Virus record (IMG/VR): IMGVR_UViG_3300025122_000006
DNA from: a virus
Reading direction: 5' to 3' (one strand)
Length of the DNA: 64,000 bases
Part shown: positions 10,303-20,761 of the stretch, one piece after another
Numbering within the stretch: position 1 is the first letter of the stretch
How the letters are laid out: the number at the start of each line of letters is the position of its first letter
The notes under the pieces: generated by a model
Databases searched by the model: none
The model's input: only the letters and a program-made list of their open reading frames with translations
Told to the model about the DNA's origin: nothing
Translations under genes and position numbers: made by a program

Positions 10303-13300
10303 CTCTCATTCCAGTTGCCGGGGTTCCACCAGCTCAAACAATCTCTGATATCTTTCTCATCGGTTTCTACCCAGCGATTTACTGCTGAAGTCTTGGCTCT
10401 TGTTCTTGCGGTGATCGCATTGACTGCACAGGCTGCAGCCCCGCGGCCAGGACAGCACCCCCATTTGAACTCGTCACACTCCCTGCGATACATCGATTTG
10501 GCGTAAGCCTTAATCTCATCGCAGGTCGGCCCGGCAGTCGGCTCAGTTGGAACCTCCAGGAAGCCTGCATTATCAACCCAGGATTGGTAATAAGCCTCTA
10601 TTTCATTCAAGACCGATGGGGTGATCTCCCATTCTCTGTAATTTGCTTCCATTTCCTCTATAGCGTATCCCTTCTGCAAATTGGCGTTCACTTCGGTGTA
10701 CGAACCCATGTTCATCACATTCACCAGGAACCTCTCTCTAAAGAAGGCAAAAGGACCCATGCCAGTCAATAAAGTTGCAGGGGCGCCGGATGGCGCTCCG
10801 GTCATGCCTGCAACCAAGACCGGCTCATGCTCCGGTGGTTCCACCGTAGCCGCCGGAGGAGGTTCTAAGATGTCAACGAGTTCCCTATTTGTATATTCGA
10901 TTCCGGCCTCGCTGGCTGCAATGGAATTTACTTTAGGCATAATTTCTTCAAAATCACTAAAGTCAGCATTAACCCACTCTATCTCAGCATCAATTGAAGC
11001 CAATTCAACAAGAGAGAAATAATCATAAGGCCAATTAAATTGAACATCTGTGGTGCTACCAAATTCGTCAACAGTAACTTTCCCGAGACGTCGTCCACCA
11101 GTTTCAGAAATACCGGCAGCATTTCTAGAAATAACTTTTTGAAAATAATTAGATGCTGCTCTTTTCTTAGCTTTAAATACCATCCATCTTAATTCTTTAG
11201 GATATTCATGCGGTGTATTGTTGCCATCATGACCACCACCTAACAATTCTTTAAAAAGAAGCGGATGAGTAATTTGTACAGTTGCCTCTTCTAAAGTCCG
11301 TCCGATTTTTGGAGGAAGATTTTGCCAAATATCCGCAAGATCTTGTTGATCAAGCCTGTGAGTAAATTCAAAAATATACATTGCAATAGGTTCTACAGTT
11401 TCATTGTGTACAAAATCAAAGGATGGTGGGAGAATATATTTTTCCATTCTTTTAATTTGCATTTTTACCGAAAGTCCTATTTTTGATTCCTCTGGATTTT
11501 TTAAATACTTTCTGACTGAATCGGGATCTAATTTGAAAAACTTTTTTGTTCCTTGTTCGACGGTAAATGGAATAGCAACAACAGCCTCCGAAATTATCTT
11601 TGAGTCCGCGGTTCGTCCGAGTTTAACGGGTTCTTTGGAAAAGCCGCAAACTTCTGCAAGATCTCCAACATCCGGGCGGACGGGCAAGGGCTCCGCGGTT
11701 TGTCCAATGCCTTGAAAGGTGGCTTCGCGCCAGGTGTCAGGAATGGGGCCAACTTGTAGGAATACGCCTTCATTGACCTCCGGAATTTTACCATATTGAT
11801 GCCACATTCCTCTGGCAGCCGAGGCTGATCCTACAATTGGAAGAGTAAGATTACCATTTTTTGCTGATATATGATTAAAATTTAACATTGGTGTTTCAAA
11901 TTTCGTTTGTATAATCCAACGATTTTCCTCTTCTGTTGCAGTATTAACAACGACATTAACTTCTTGAGCTGTTTCATCATCAAGAAGATCAATTGATTTT
12001 AGTGCCCCTTTCCCAAATGGATTAATCGATCCTGATAATTGCACGGCATTTCTATTTATTCTGTTCTGACCCCAAGCTTGAGGTCCGGTGGTGGTCCACA
12101 GATCAAGACTACCACGAGCCTTCGTGTGCCCGGCGACCTCGAAGAAACCAGCCGAAGCAGTGAGATGATAATCCATATTATTTAAATAAAAAGTGCTATC
12201 AAATCTTGTATAACTAGACGAAACCTGTGCAAATTGTAATATTTCTTCCAAAGATACTTTACCATCGACAGACCCGGTGTAATAAATATCTAACCAAGCC
12301 TGGCCATGATAATAAGGTGGAGTATATGGAAAATTGTATCCATATCGATAATCCTTCCACATGTATTGTCTGCCAGCAGCGTCACCGTTGCCTCGATCAA
12401 CTCGGAATGTATGCATTCGTGTACTTTCTGGATTATAAAAGTTCAATTGCACAGCACCGATTCTTCGCAAGTTCTTGCCCAACAATTCGGTTTCTCCTAG
12501 AGAATTCGGTCCAAAGGCACTTGGGCGAGAATACATCGTGAAAGTTTCTCTATAACTGTTATTAGCTATATCTTGTGGCACTTCATAAATAGTACCAACG
12601 GCGCCGGTAACATTTGTAGCAGAACCAGTCATGGAACGATACATTTTAATTCTCATTCCGTAGACGGCACCTTTTCGAACATTACCAAAATTAGGATTTC
12701 CTTGCGGTAATGAAGAAATGTTAGTAAAATTTTGATCCTTTAAGAAAAATTCAGGTATCTCCGCCATAAAATTATGAGCCATCATTTTATAAATTTCATC
12801 GCCGGCGCCATTCCATATAGCTGAAGCTGTGATATTCCCACTTGCGTGTACTTCCAAATTTGCAATAGGAACATTGGTCAAATACGCCTCTGGTTCCAGC
12901 AACGCTTCAAAAGGAACTCTACCAGTAAAATCTTCTGTTATTACGTTTGTCCACGGTTTTTTATCCGCGCTGGCGAAGCCGCCAGCGCCGTCATCGAAAT
13001 CGTCTTCATAAGGAAGCTGCCTGGCGTCCTCAAAGTGTCCACCGATGGCTCCGCTGTGATTCACACTGGCTGTGATATAAGGAAAGTCAACAGCAATGCC
13101 GGACTTGATAGAATTGAAAAGAACTCCGGGAGCAAACAAGGTTCCAAAAAGGCCTTGTTTTGCTCCGTCGAGTTGAATGTCCGGGAGACCCCTTGGCAGC
13201 ACTCCCTGACGGAGGCCCAGCTGTTCGCCAAAAAAGGTGAGCGGCTTTATATTACGAAAATAACTCCTTGCAAATTGCTCCGATAGCTGGACTGTTCTTT

Positions 13301-15278
13301 GGCAAGGATAAAAACCATCATATGGCAATAATTTTTTGATTGCTCGGCATCTTAATGTTAAAACTTTTGAGTCTGCGAAATCATCATGATCATTTTCAAT
13401 AATGTCAAAATGTTTCATAAAGTCTGAATTGGAATATGTTTTGTAAAAGTTCTCGTGCGAAGATCTATTGTTGCCCTTTACCCCGCCGGTGATCTCAAAT
13501 AATTCTTGAGAAAAATATATAGAACCGGTATTCATAATATCTGCAACATGCTCGCTCATCCTAAACTCAGGCAAAACAGAATAGCTTTGCCCTTTCAATC
13601 TTATATTTTCTGCAAATGCAGCATATGAATCATAAAACGGCGTTTTACCAGCTTGTATGTGTGCTTCCCAAAGAGCCTCTCCCTGTCCAAAATCAGACTG
13701 GAGATATGACTTAGTTGCTGGGCCACCTGATCCTGTTTCCGGGATTTCCATACCCGAAGGATTTGAAACAGATTGTGTGTTGTGGTAAGTATGTCTAAAA
13801 GCATATTGGGGCGCACAGCCGTGAGTAGAATCGGCAATGGAGATGCCATTGGCCTTAAAGGGTTCAACATGTCCTGTTGGAAACTTTTCGGAAAAATCAC
13901 AGTCTTTAAAAAGAGTCGTATGTACCATTGAATATAATTGGCAATAATTATTTTGCAAAACCCCAGGTGCTTTATAATTAATCCCCCCTCGGTTCTTAGT
14001 GTAGACGACTGTGTAGCCGCTGGTGGCCTCACCGGGATCCCGAGCTGACTGTCCTAAAAATGGAAATCTCCTATAATCACCAAAACCATCCTCTGGCTGG
14101 AGACTCGATGCTGATCTCGCCATCCCAAAACCAAAATCATCCTGTGCTCCCTGTGCAGAACTACTAGCGGCTACCCTAGGGTTTAGGCTCCCTGTCCTGG
14201 TCAAAAAATTCTCAGATGCGTCTAGCGGCCAAGAAGACGCAACCAATCGAGCTTCGGCGCCAGCACTGGGCGTGGCACTGAATAGCCCTCCCTCTCGCAT
14301 CCACCATACCGAATGTCTTCCAAAGCCATCCCCTTGTCCAAAAGAATGCCTTTGCGGGTAGCGGTCATGATCACTAAGTCTGTCCGGTCGATTAACTCTA
14401 AAGAAAGATTTGAACTCCGGCCTACTTCTTATCGCGTTTCTATACATATTTTTAGATAAAGGATAGACAGTTTCTCGGTATTTTAAAAATTCCCAATGTG
14501 TAAATGGACTATCTGGTTCTTCTAAATTTCCATTTAAATAAAATGTTTTAATAAGATTATACTCGGAATCTTTATGATCCATAACAATATTGTGTAAAGT
14601 ATTTACTTCATCATTAGCAAAAGCATTTAAATTATTCCCGAATGATGTAAGAACAGAAAATCTGTCTAGCTCTTGAGTTGAGCCTTGTTTAAAATGTCTC
14701 CCAACATTCCAAACTAAAGGATAGCTGTTTCTAACAACAGCCGGTTCTTTGAAATTATAAAGTTTAGAATATCTTTCTAAAGCCAGTTTTGTCCCGCTGC
14801 CAGAAGGGGAAACATCGATAAGTTGGCCAGGCTGCGTAACAAATGTTAAATTGCTATTTCTATTGTGAAATCGCGATACGGGATTATCTGCTGTTCTGAT
14901 TTGTTTCCAAGTACAATGTCCATATGGGCCATTTCTATGAAGGTTAAGAGAAACAAGGATATCAGGGATTTCATGGGGAACGGGGATGCTCATGTCGAAG
15001 CCGAAGGGACCAACCGTCGTGGACTTGGGGAGGTGAGCCACACTAATGTTTAAATATCTCTTGATATGTCCCCCTTGCGATGGGAGTAGTCCTGACAAGC
15101 CTCCTGCGAGGTCTCCTGATGGGATCACCAGATCCTCTGGGGGGATATTTCGAGGCTGATCTTGCCCGTTCAATTGCGGGGCGAAACCAATAGTATTAAT
15201 ACTAGCGCTGATTGGGTCTGAAATTAATGTATTCATTCCCACAAAATCAACAAAAACACCTTTTTTAAAAGTAGCCAT
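10299..15278 (-). CDS. Giant hypothetical virion (baseplate-associated) protein
   Basis: 1659 aa in the structural operon; GC-rich, Pro/Cys-rich C-terminal extension. Confidence 0.65.
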   Translation of the reverse strand: MATFKKGVFVDFVGMNTLISDPISASINTIGFAPQLNGQDQPRNIPPEDLVIPSGDLAGGLSGLLPSQGGHIKRYLNISVAHLPKSTTVGPFGFDMSIPVPHEIPDILVSLNLHRNGPYGHCTWKQIRTADNPVSRFHNRNSNLTFVTQPGQLIDVSPSGSGTKLALERYSKLYNFKEPAVVRNSYPLVWNVGRHFKQGSTQELDRFSVLTSFGNNLNAFANDEVNTLHNIVMDHKDSEYNLIKTFYLNGNLEEPDSPFTHWEFLKYRETVYPLSKNMYRNAIRSRPEFKSFFRVNRPDRLSDHDRYPQRHSFGQGDGFGRHSVWWMREGGLFSATPSAGAEARLVASSWPLDASENFLTRTGSLNPRVAASSSAQGAQDDFGFGMARSASSLQPEDGFGDYRRFPFLGQSARDPGEATSGYTVVYTKNRGGINYKAPGVLQNNYCQLYSMVHTTLFKDCDFSEKFPTGHVEPFKANGISIADSTHGCAPQYAFRHTYHNTQSVSNPSGMEIPETGSGGPATKSYLQSDFGQGEALWEAHIQAGKTPFYDSYAAFAENIRLKGQSYSVLPEFRMSEHVADIMNTGSIYFSQELFEITGGVKGNNRSSHENFYKTYSNSDFMKHFDIIENDHDDFADSKVLTLRCRAIKKLLPYDGFYPCQRTVQLSEQFARSYFRNIKPLTFFGEQLGLRQGVLPRGLPDIQLDGAKQGLFGTLFAPGVLFNSIKSGIAVDFPYITASVNHSGAIGGHFEDARQLPYEDDFDDGAGGFASADKKPWTNVITEDFTGRVPFEALLEPEAYLTNVPIANLEVHASGNITASAIWNGAGDEIYKMMAHNFMAEIPEFFLKDQNFTNISSLPQGNPNFGNVRKGAVYGMRIKMYRSMTGSATNVTGAVGTIYEVPQDIANNSYRETFTMYSRPSAFGPNSLGETELLGKNLRRIGAVQLNFYNPESTRMHTFRVDRGNGDAAGRQYMWKDYRYGYNFPYTPPYYHGQAWLDIYYTGSVDGKVSLEEILQFAQVSSSYTRFDSTFYLNNMDYHLTASAGFFEVAGHTKARGSLDLWTTTGPQAWGQNRINRNAVQLSGSINPFGKGALKSIDLLDDETAQEVNVVVNTATEEENRWIIQTKFETPMLNFNHISAKNGNLTLPIVGSASAARGMWHQYGKIPEVNEGVFLQVGPIPDTWREATFQGIGQTAEPLPVRPDVGDLAEVCGFSKEPVKLGRTADSKIISEAVVAIPFTVEQGTKKFFKLDPDSVRKYLKNPEESKIGLSVKMQIKRMEKYILPPSFDFVHNETVEPIAMYIFEFTHRLDQQDLADIWQNLPPKIGRTLEEATVQITHPLLFKELLGGGHDGNNTPHEYPKELRWMVFKAKKRAASNYFQKVISRNAAGISETGGRRLGKVTVDEFGSTTDVQFNWPYDYFSLVELASIDAEIEWVNADFSDFEEIMPKVNSIAASEAGIEYTNRELVDILEPPPAATVEPPEHEPVLVAGMTGAPSGAPATLLTGMGPFAFFRERFLVNVMNMGSYTEVNANLQKGYAIEEMEANYREWEITPSVLNEIEAYYQSWVDNAGFLEVPTEPTAGPTCDEIKAYAKSMYRRECDEFKWGCCPGRGAAACAVNAITARTRAKTSAVNRWVETDEKDIRDCLSWWNPGNWNER

Positions 15279-15280
15279 AA

Positions 15281-18200
15281 TTATATCCCTGTTATGTATC
15301 CATAAATAGTTGAAGCGGCTGGAAAATTAATTGCATTAATAGAAGACGTAACTCCTGTTGCATTCGATGCCGAATGTAATAATCCATTTGGCGGTGAATA
15401 ACCAAGTAGTACTTGATCGTTTCTCCAATTTTTTTGTAAAACTGAATCGGGAACATGTGCCGGGTTCTTTGCTTGATCGTGTGGTGTTTTGCCTGTTCCG
15501 TATGAAATTGTTGCCCCAGATAAAGCTGATCTAATCCAACTATATTGAAAATCGCTTCTAGGTATCGGTGATGATATATATCCATTATCAAACCTACTAC
15601 CGGTCACCACAGCATTACCACCTGCTTTTGGGTCGTTGATCGGGTCGACGCCATATTGCATGCGCCTTGATATGTTTCTATGCTGCTTTACAAAAGAACC
15701 AGATGTGACTGATGACGACAAAGAGTGGATTACACCATAATCCAAGTCTCTTCCAAATTTGCCCATATGAGATGCCAGGACGGATTGCAATCCCCGCTGT
15801 TTGCCCAAGTGATCCGATACTCTTATAGTTGCTCGGGTTTGATGTTCCAACGCGCCGTAATCCAGAACCTTCCCTTTAGGTTCTCCGCTACTTGACATTC
15901 TTACAGTTAAGTTTCTAAACGGAAGAGCGTTATGAACTGAATAAGTGTGCCTCTGCACATCTAGATAACCCATTGATTGAACCTCTGGTCCTCCAGGTGC
16001 TGAAAATCGGCTACATATTTCATATGTCGATTTTGTTAAATTCGTTTTAGGAATTTCAATTACAATATCGTTTGAATATGTTGTTAGGCGCAGATTAGTG
16101 GGGCTGGCAGGGGCTCTATACCACGGGGTTTGGTATTTCAGGGATTTAACATCTGGTTGTCGGTTGTTGTTCGCAACACCAAACACATTGCCTGAAAGAA
16201 ACGGTGCTTGTCCGACAAGTGTCATGTAATTTGTGGTCAGTGGCAGCGACTTTTTTATAGATGTTGGCAAATCTAAATTAGAAGCGGAAGCAATTCGATA
16301 CCATCTTCTTTGATCTCCTTTCTGAAGGGTGACAATTTCGTAGCCCTTCCTGTAATTGCCCATGATAGCCGAGCCTGAACTGTGGCGGATATTTCTTACA
16401 TTTAAAGGACGCTTTGCATATTCATCTCTAAATTTGGTTGCCCTTGCTTTATCAACATTGGGGTATATTTTACCACCATAATCCGCAGATACATATCCCA
16501 TTGCTCCGTCGGCTCGATAAGGAATGGGACCTGTCCAGTTGGTAAGCTCGCCTGGGACTAAGCCCCAAGCCTCTGGCCTATTTCTGGCACTGTCAAGCTT
16601 TTGTATGCCCCCGAGAGGAGCTTTGTCGGGGTCATACTTATTTATTCCAACGTGTCTAGATTGTTGTCCTCCAACATGCGTTCTTGTGAACGGACCTTGC
16701 ATTGGAATTTCGTTCGTGTGATCGGTTGTATCGGAGTGTATATTAGTTACAATTACGTGATTTTTAAAATATGTATTAATATATCGATTGTATCCTGTAT
16801 TTACGGTGCCGCTGACCAAAGTCATTGGCACTATAAGATCGCCTTTTAATGCATGCTTGTAATCGTCACCAAATCGATTTCCTACTTTTGCAATAAAATT
16901 AAGTTTTATCTTTTCATTTGGATTTTTAACATCATTGCAAATATTTGATTGTTGTATGCTGTGCCCCAGTCCTTCGCCAATAACTATAACATTTTTTGGT
17001 ATTTTAAGAAAAGCGAAACTACCAGTCTCAAGAGATCCATGCGGCAATATTGCATCTTTAAAGGCCATTACGTTTTTATCACGAGCATAATTAATGCCGC
17101 CGTGTATTGACCTTCTTGGGGCGGACATTTCAAACCTGTAAGGTTTGGATAATTTTCTTATTGTATAGGTTGAGCCATAATATATAGTACTTCCGCTCAC
17201 CCTCCGAAGTGAATGAGATTGAAGAGAGTGGTTGTTTTTCACAATTCTTAAAGTTTCTGCTGTATTTGTCTCACCTTTTTTTCGATCTGCTTGCCAAAGG
17301 CAATTGTGTGATGACCCGCCGCTGACAGGAGCATGACCAAATTGCCAATCATAAAGTAACTCTTGAATTCCCTTCACAGACCCTTCGGTAGAAGTCCTTC
17401 TTCCAAGGATTCCTATCTTATTGACATATTTGTTTCTTTCTAAAACATGACTCTCTACTACATTTTTAATTCCCTTAGAGAATCTCGAAGATGCTGGATA
17501 TAATTGCTCGAGCGCTATAGAAATAGAATCGTCAATCCATTTATAAAATGATGTAAATTTATCCAAATTAGGAGTATTTTCAACATCTTCAAAGAAACGT
17601 TCCTTCAGAAAAGATAACAAACTATAATCATGATGATAACGTTGATTTGGTTGCCCTATTAGATTATTGAAATCCAAAGCAGTAGAAAACATATTTAACA
17701 TTTCATCGGAAATAACACCATGTAAACTTTTTTCAAAAGAATAGAAATTATCAGAAACATCCTCATCAACAAAGAAATTCTCACTTCTATCATCTTTTAT
17801 TACAACAAGATCGGAAGAGAATAGATCATCTGGTTGCTTTTTTCTAGCTGTATATATGAAATTTTTATCTATTGAATTGGTGCTCGAAGCCCTAAAACCT
17901 GTTGCTTTTCCTTCATTGTTTTTTAGAACTATACCATTATAAATTCCATAACTAGAAGTTATATGAGAATTGGCTGATCCTGATGACAAATCATTTATTA
18001 TTAACTCCCCAGAAGGAGTTGATCCGGTCTTGTTAAAGAATGCCCAATGTAAAGCTAATGTTTTTTGTCTAGGTATTTCTTGACCGTCATTTAAGAAAAT
18101 TGTATCGCTTTCAAATGGCTCATTCGCACCAAACGTTTCTGAATCATAAGCGTGTTGGTTAATTGCTTCATTTGATAAATAACTACTCCAATAACGAACG

Positions 18201-20761
18201 TAGCCTAATTTAATGTCTGTTTTTTGCAGTGTCGAACCAGTAAAGTTCGTTTTATGAGCGCCAGCCCAGATACGTTTTTTGTTAGTTACAAATTTGTGGT
18301 TTGTTAAGCTCCCGGTTAAAAGAAAAGAGTTTCTTATAATATTCGCTTCAGCCTCGACACCATGGAGTTCTAAGGTATATCCAGCGGCAGCAGCGCCAGA
18401 CACGTGACCCGAAAACGGATAACTATCATGCTTAATTCTAAGAGCAAGATTCCATTTATTATTTTCGTACTGACTATTAAACACTGATGACGATATAAGG
18501 GTATTGCTTCCCGATATTAAAAATCTAATTTTTTGTGTTTCACCAAACTCCAGATCACGTTCTAATTTTTCTTTTACTATAAAAACACCTAAATCATAAT
18601 CAGCGTCGGTTCTCCAGCTGTCCCAAGTATAATCATCAGCAGCAGGCACAGCGGAATGATATCCCAAAACCGAAGCCGTATAATTTGTAAATTTTATATA
18701 TCCTATTTCATTAGATCTTGCCTTGCGGGGGAGAATAATTTCACTTTCTAAAGTAAGAGAAGTATAATTTGGAGATCCCGAAATATAAGTAGCAGCGTTT
18801 ATTGTACTAGAAGTTTGATAAAGGGTAGCATCAAAACTATCTTCAAAATTAAAATTTAAATAATTTCTTTCAAAAGATTTATATTCATAATTATCTCTTA
18901 AAACGTATGTAGAATCATCAGCATAAAGTTTTAATTTTACCAGTTCATTACCAATACCGAGAGATCTAAAAAAGTTTCTAAAAGCTTTTTCTGTTCCTTT
19001 GGATTTGTAAATCCCAACAAGATTATTATAAAGATTATGATAAATTATATCTCGAACTTCGGATATCTTTTTTTCATAAACTTCATTATCGTCTTTTGCT
19101 CTAAATCTCTCCGGAACAGTGGCTTCAACAAACAAGTCAGGAATCACAAAACCTTTTGAATATAATAAATTTTTTGCAAACGGTAAAGGTTTATCCGATC
19201 CACTCACATATCTTTCATCATGCAAAGTGCTAACAGAGTTTATTTGATGCCATATTGTATCAAAATAAGAACCTATTATTTGACATAAATATTTTAAATT
19301 CTTACCTGACTCGGTATCGGTTTCCTGCATCCAGCCTGGAAACAATCGATAAAACATAGAAGTGCTTTCCAAATCAGCCAAGCTACCACTAGTCTTATAA
19401 CGCGTTATGGATCCTGTAACATCTGGGTGTGAAGAGTACACAATCGGATCTTTAAATTCTCTAAGGGCTGCTCCCGATTCAACTATGGCAGAGCCAGTTA
19501 TTCTTGATGCATCTAAGTCCGCCGTATTAGACCCGGAGTACCCAACCCAAATCCCATCAGCTATTCTTCCTGAATAATCCAGAACTTTTAAATCTACAGA
19601 ATCATCACCAGTGATTCCCTCGTTAAATTTATAATAAAATCCTAAATTTATGTTGGGATCTCTTCTATTGGTTCCACCGCCTACAGGAACGAGGCGGGTA
19701 TTACTAATTTCTTTATGGGTTCTCGCAGTTTTCCAAAACCTAAATTCATCTAAAGATCCGGATAGTTTGTTATATCCCAACATATCTAGACTATGAAATA
19801 TATTTCCTGATACAGAGGTGTAAAGAGACCCAATAGCCGCATTAGACCCAGTGGTTAATCCAACTATACCAGAAATACTATTTGCTGCGCTGTCTAATAT
19901 GTGCTTTGAAACTGCTTTGACATTGTCTTTATATAAATCAATGCCAGTTCCAGCGGAGGAAGACTGTAATGTTAAAGCATAATTGTGCCATAAACCGTCG
20001 TATGCATCAGCTAATAATTGCTGGTCGTCAAAGCCATGCGAACCTGATCGTAGAGTTAAATTTAATGCATCATTCGAACTAGTTAAATACAAAGTCATTC
20101 TGCCATAAGCACTGGATCCCGTCGCTTCGCCGTTCCAAAGATCAAAAATAACTTCTTTTTGGTGGGTTTGTGCGTTTGATGGAGATGCCTTTTTCAACCA
20201 AAATTCAATCGTTGTGCCCTCAGATAATATCACCTCTAAAGATGAGCCACGCTTATTAGAAGGATCATAAATCATTGATTTATCAAACGTCGAATAAAGT
20301 TTTTTTCCTATCATTCCGCTTGAAGCAGTATGAGGGCCTCCAAAGATTCTAATGTACTCTTTCGTTGTTGGAAGGCTGTTCCCGCGTAAACTACTTGTTA
20401 TGGCCTTGCCTTGAACTGAAAATTTAGCATACCCATTTGTTCGAGGATAAAGATTTCCTAAAACATATAAATCCAAATAAGAAGATGAATTTTCAAACTC
20501 AATTTTTTCTGCAAGAGTCCCATCATACGGATATTCTTGATAAATTCTTTTAAATGCATTTTCATAATAAAGTTCAGCAGATCCAAATTTAGAAAACTTT
20601 GAAGGATCTGAAAAATCAATAGCCGGAATAAATCTATCCGTTTCTTTTCTCCTAGCGTCAATGTAATCTAGTGATTCCACCAATGCAGATGCACTATTAG
20701 GAGTTTCGGATTTCTGAAATTGTTTATTACTATAATTGCTGAATAAATCTTTTATGCTCAT
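15281..20761 (-). CDS. Baseplate wedge-like protein (T4 gp7 / P2 gpI-like segment) with two LamG/concanavalin-like domains
   Basis: 1826 aa. TIEFWLKK...WHNYAL...GSLDEFRFW (LamG); IYKSKGTEKAFRNFF (gpI/gp7-type KGT motif); second LamG-like block KWNLALR...GYVRYW; lies downstream of gp6. Confidence 0.65.
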   Translation of the reverse strand: MSIKDLFSNYSNKQFQKSETPNSASALVESLDYIDARRKETDRFIPAIDFSDPSKFSKFGSAELYYENAFKRIYQEYPYDGTLAEKIEFENSSSYLDLYVLGNLYPRTNGYAKFSVQGKAITSSLRGNSLPTTKEYIRIFGGPHTASSGMIGKKLYSTFDKSMIYDPSNKRGSSLEVILSEGTTIEFWLKKASPSNAQTHQKEVIFDLWNGEATGSSAYGRMTLYLTSSNDALNLTLRSGSHGFDDQQLLADAYDGLWHNYALTLQSSSAGTGIDLYKDNVKAVSKHILDSAANSISGIVGLTTGSNAAIGSLYTSVSGNIFHSLDMLGYNKLSGSLDEFRFWKTARTHKEISNTRLVPVGGGTNRRDPNINLGFYYKFNEGITGDDSVDLKVLDYSGRIADGIWVGYSGSNTADLDASRITGSAIVESGAALREFKDPIVYSSHPDVTGSITRYKTSGSLADLESTSMFYRLFPGWMQETDTESGKNLKYLCQIIGSYFDTIWHQINSVSTLHDERYVSGSDKPLPFAKNLLYSKGFVIPDLFVEATVPERFRAKDDNEVYEKKISEVRDIIYHNLYNNLVGIYKSKGTEKAFRNFFRSLGIGNELVKLKLYADDSTYVLRDNYEYKSFERNYLNFNFEDSFDATLYQTSSTINAATYISGSPNYTSLTLESEIILPRKARSNEIGYIKFTNYTASVLGYHSAVPAADDYTWDSWRTDADYDLGVFIVKEKLERDLEFGETQKIRFLISGSNTLISSSVFNSQYENNKWNLALRIKHDSYPFSGHVSGAAAAGYTLELHGVEAEANIIRNSFLLTGSLTNHKFVTNKKRIWAGAHKTNFTGSTLQKTDIKLGYVRYWSSYLSNEAINQHAYDSETFGANEPFESDTIFLNDGQEIPRQKTLALHWAFFNKTGSTPSGELIINDLSSGSANSHITSSYGIYNGIVLKNNEGKATGFRASSTNSIDKNFIYTARKKQPDDLFSSDLVVIKDDRSENFFVDEDVSDNFYSFEKSLHGVISDEMLNMFSTALDFNNLIGQPNQRYHHDYSLLSFLKERFFEDVENTPNLDKFTSFYKWIDDSISIALEQLYPASSRFSKGIKNVVESHVLERNKYVNKIGILGRRTSTEGSVKGIQELLYDWQFGHAPVSGGSSHNCLWQADRKKGETNTAETLRIVKNNHSLQSHSLRRVSGSTIYYGSTYTIRKLSKPYRFEMSAPRRSIHGGINYARDKNVMAFKDAILPHGSLETGSFAFLKIPKNVIVIGEGLGHSIQQSNICNDVKNPNEKIKLNFIAKVGNRFGDDYKHALKGDLIVPMTLVSGTVNTGYNRYINTYFKNHVIVTNIHSDTTDHTNEIPMQGPFTRTHVGGQQSRHVGINKYDPDKAPLGGIQKLDSARNRPEAWGLVPGELTNWTGPIPYRADGAMGYVSADYGGKIYPNVDKARATKFRDEYAKRPLNVRNIRHSSGSAIMGNYRKGYEIVTLQKGDQRRWYRIASASNLDLPTSIKKSLPLTTNYMTLVGQAPFLSGNVFGVANNNRQPDVKSLKYQTPWYRAPASPTNLRLTTYSNDIVIEIPKTNLTKSTYEICSRFSAPGGPEVQSMGYLDVQRHTYSVHNALPFRNLTVRMSSSGEPKGKVLDYGALEHQTRATIRVSDHLGKQRGLQSVLASHMGKFGRDLDYGVIHSLSSSVTSGSFVKQHRNISRRMQYGVDPINDPKAGGNAVVTGSRFDNGYISSPIPRSDFQYSWIRSALSGATISYGTGKTPHDQAKNPAHVPDSVLQKNWRNDQVLLGYSPPNGLLHSASNATGVTSSINAINFPAASTIYGYITGI

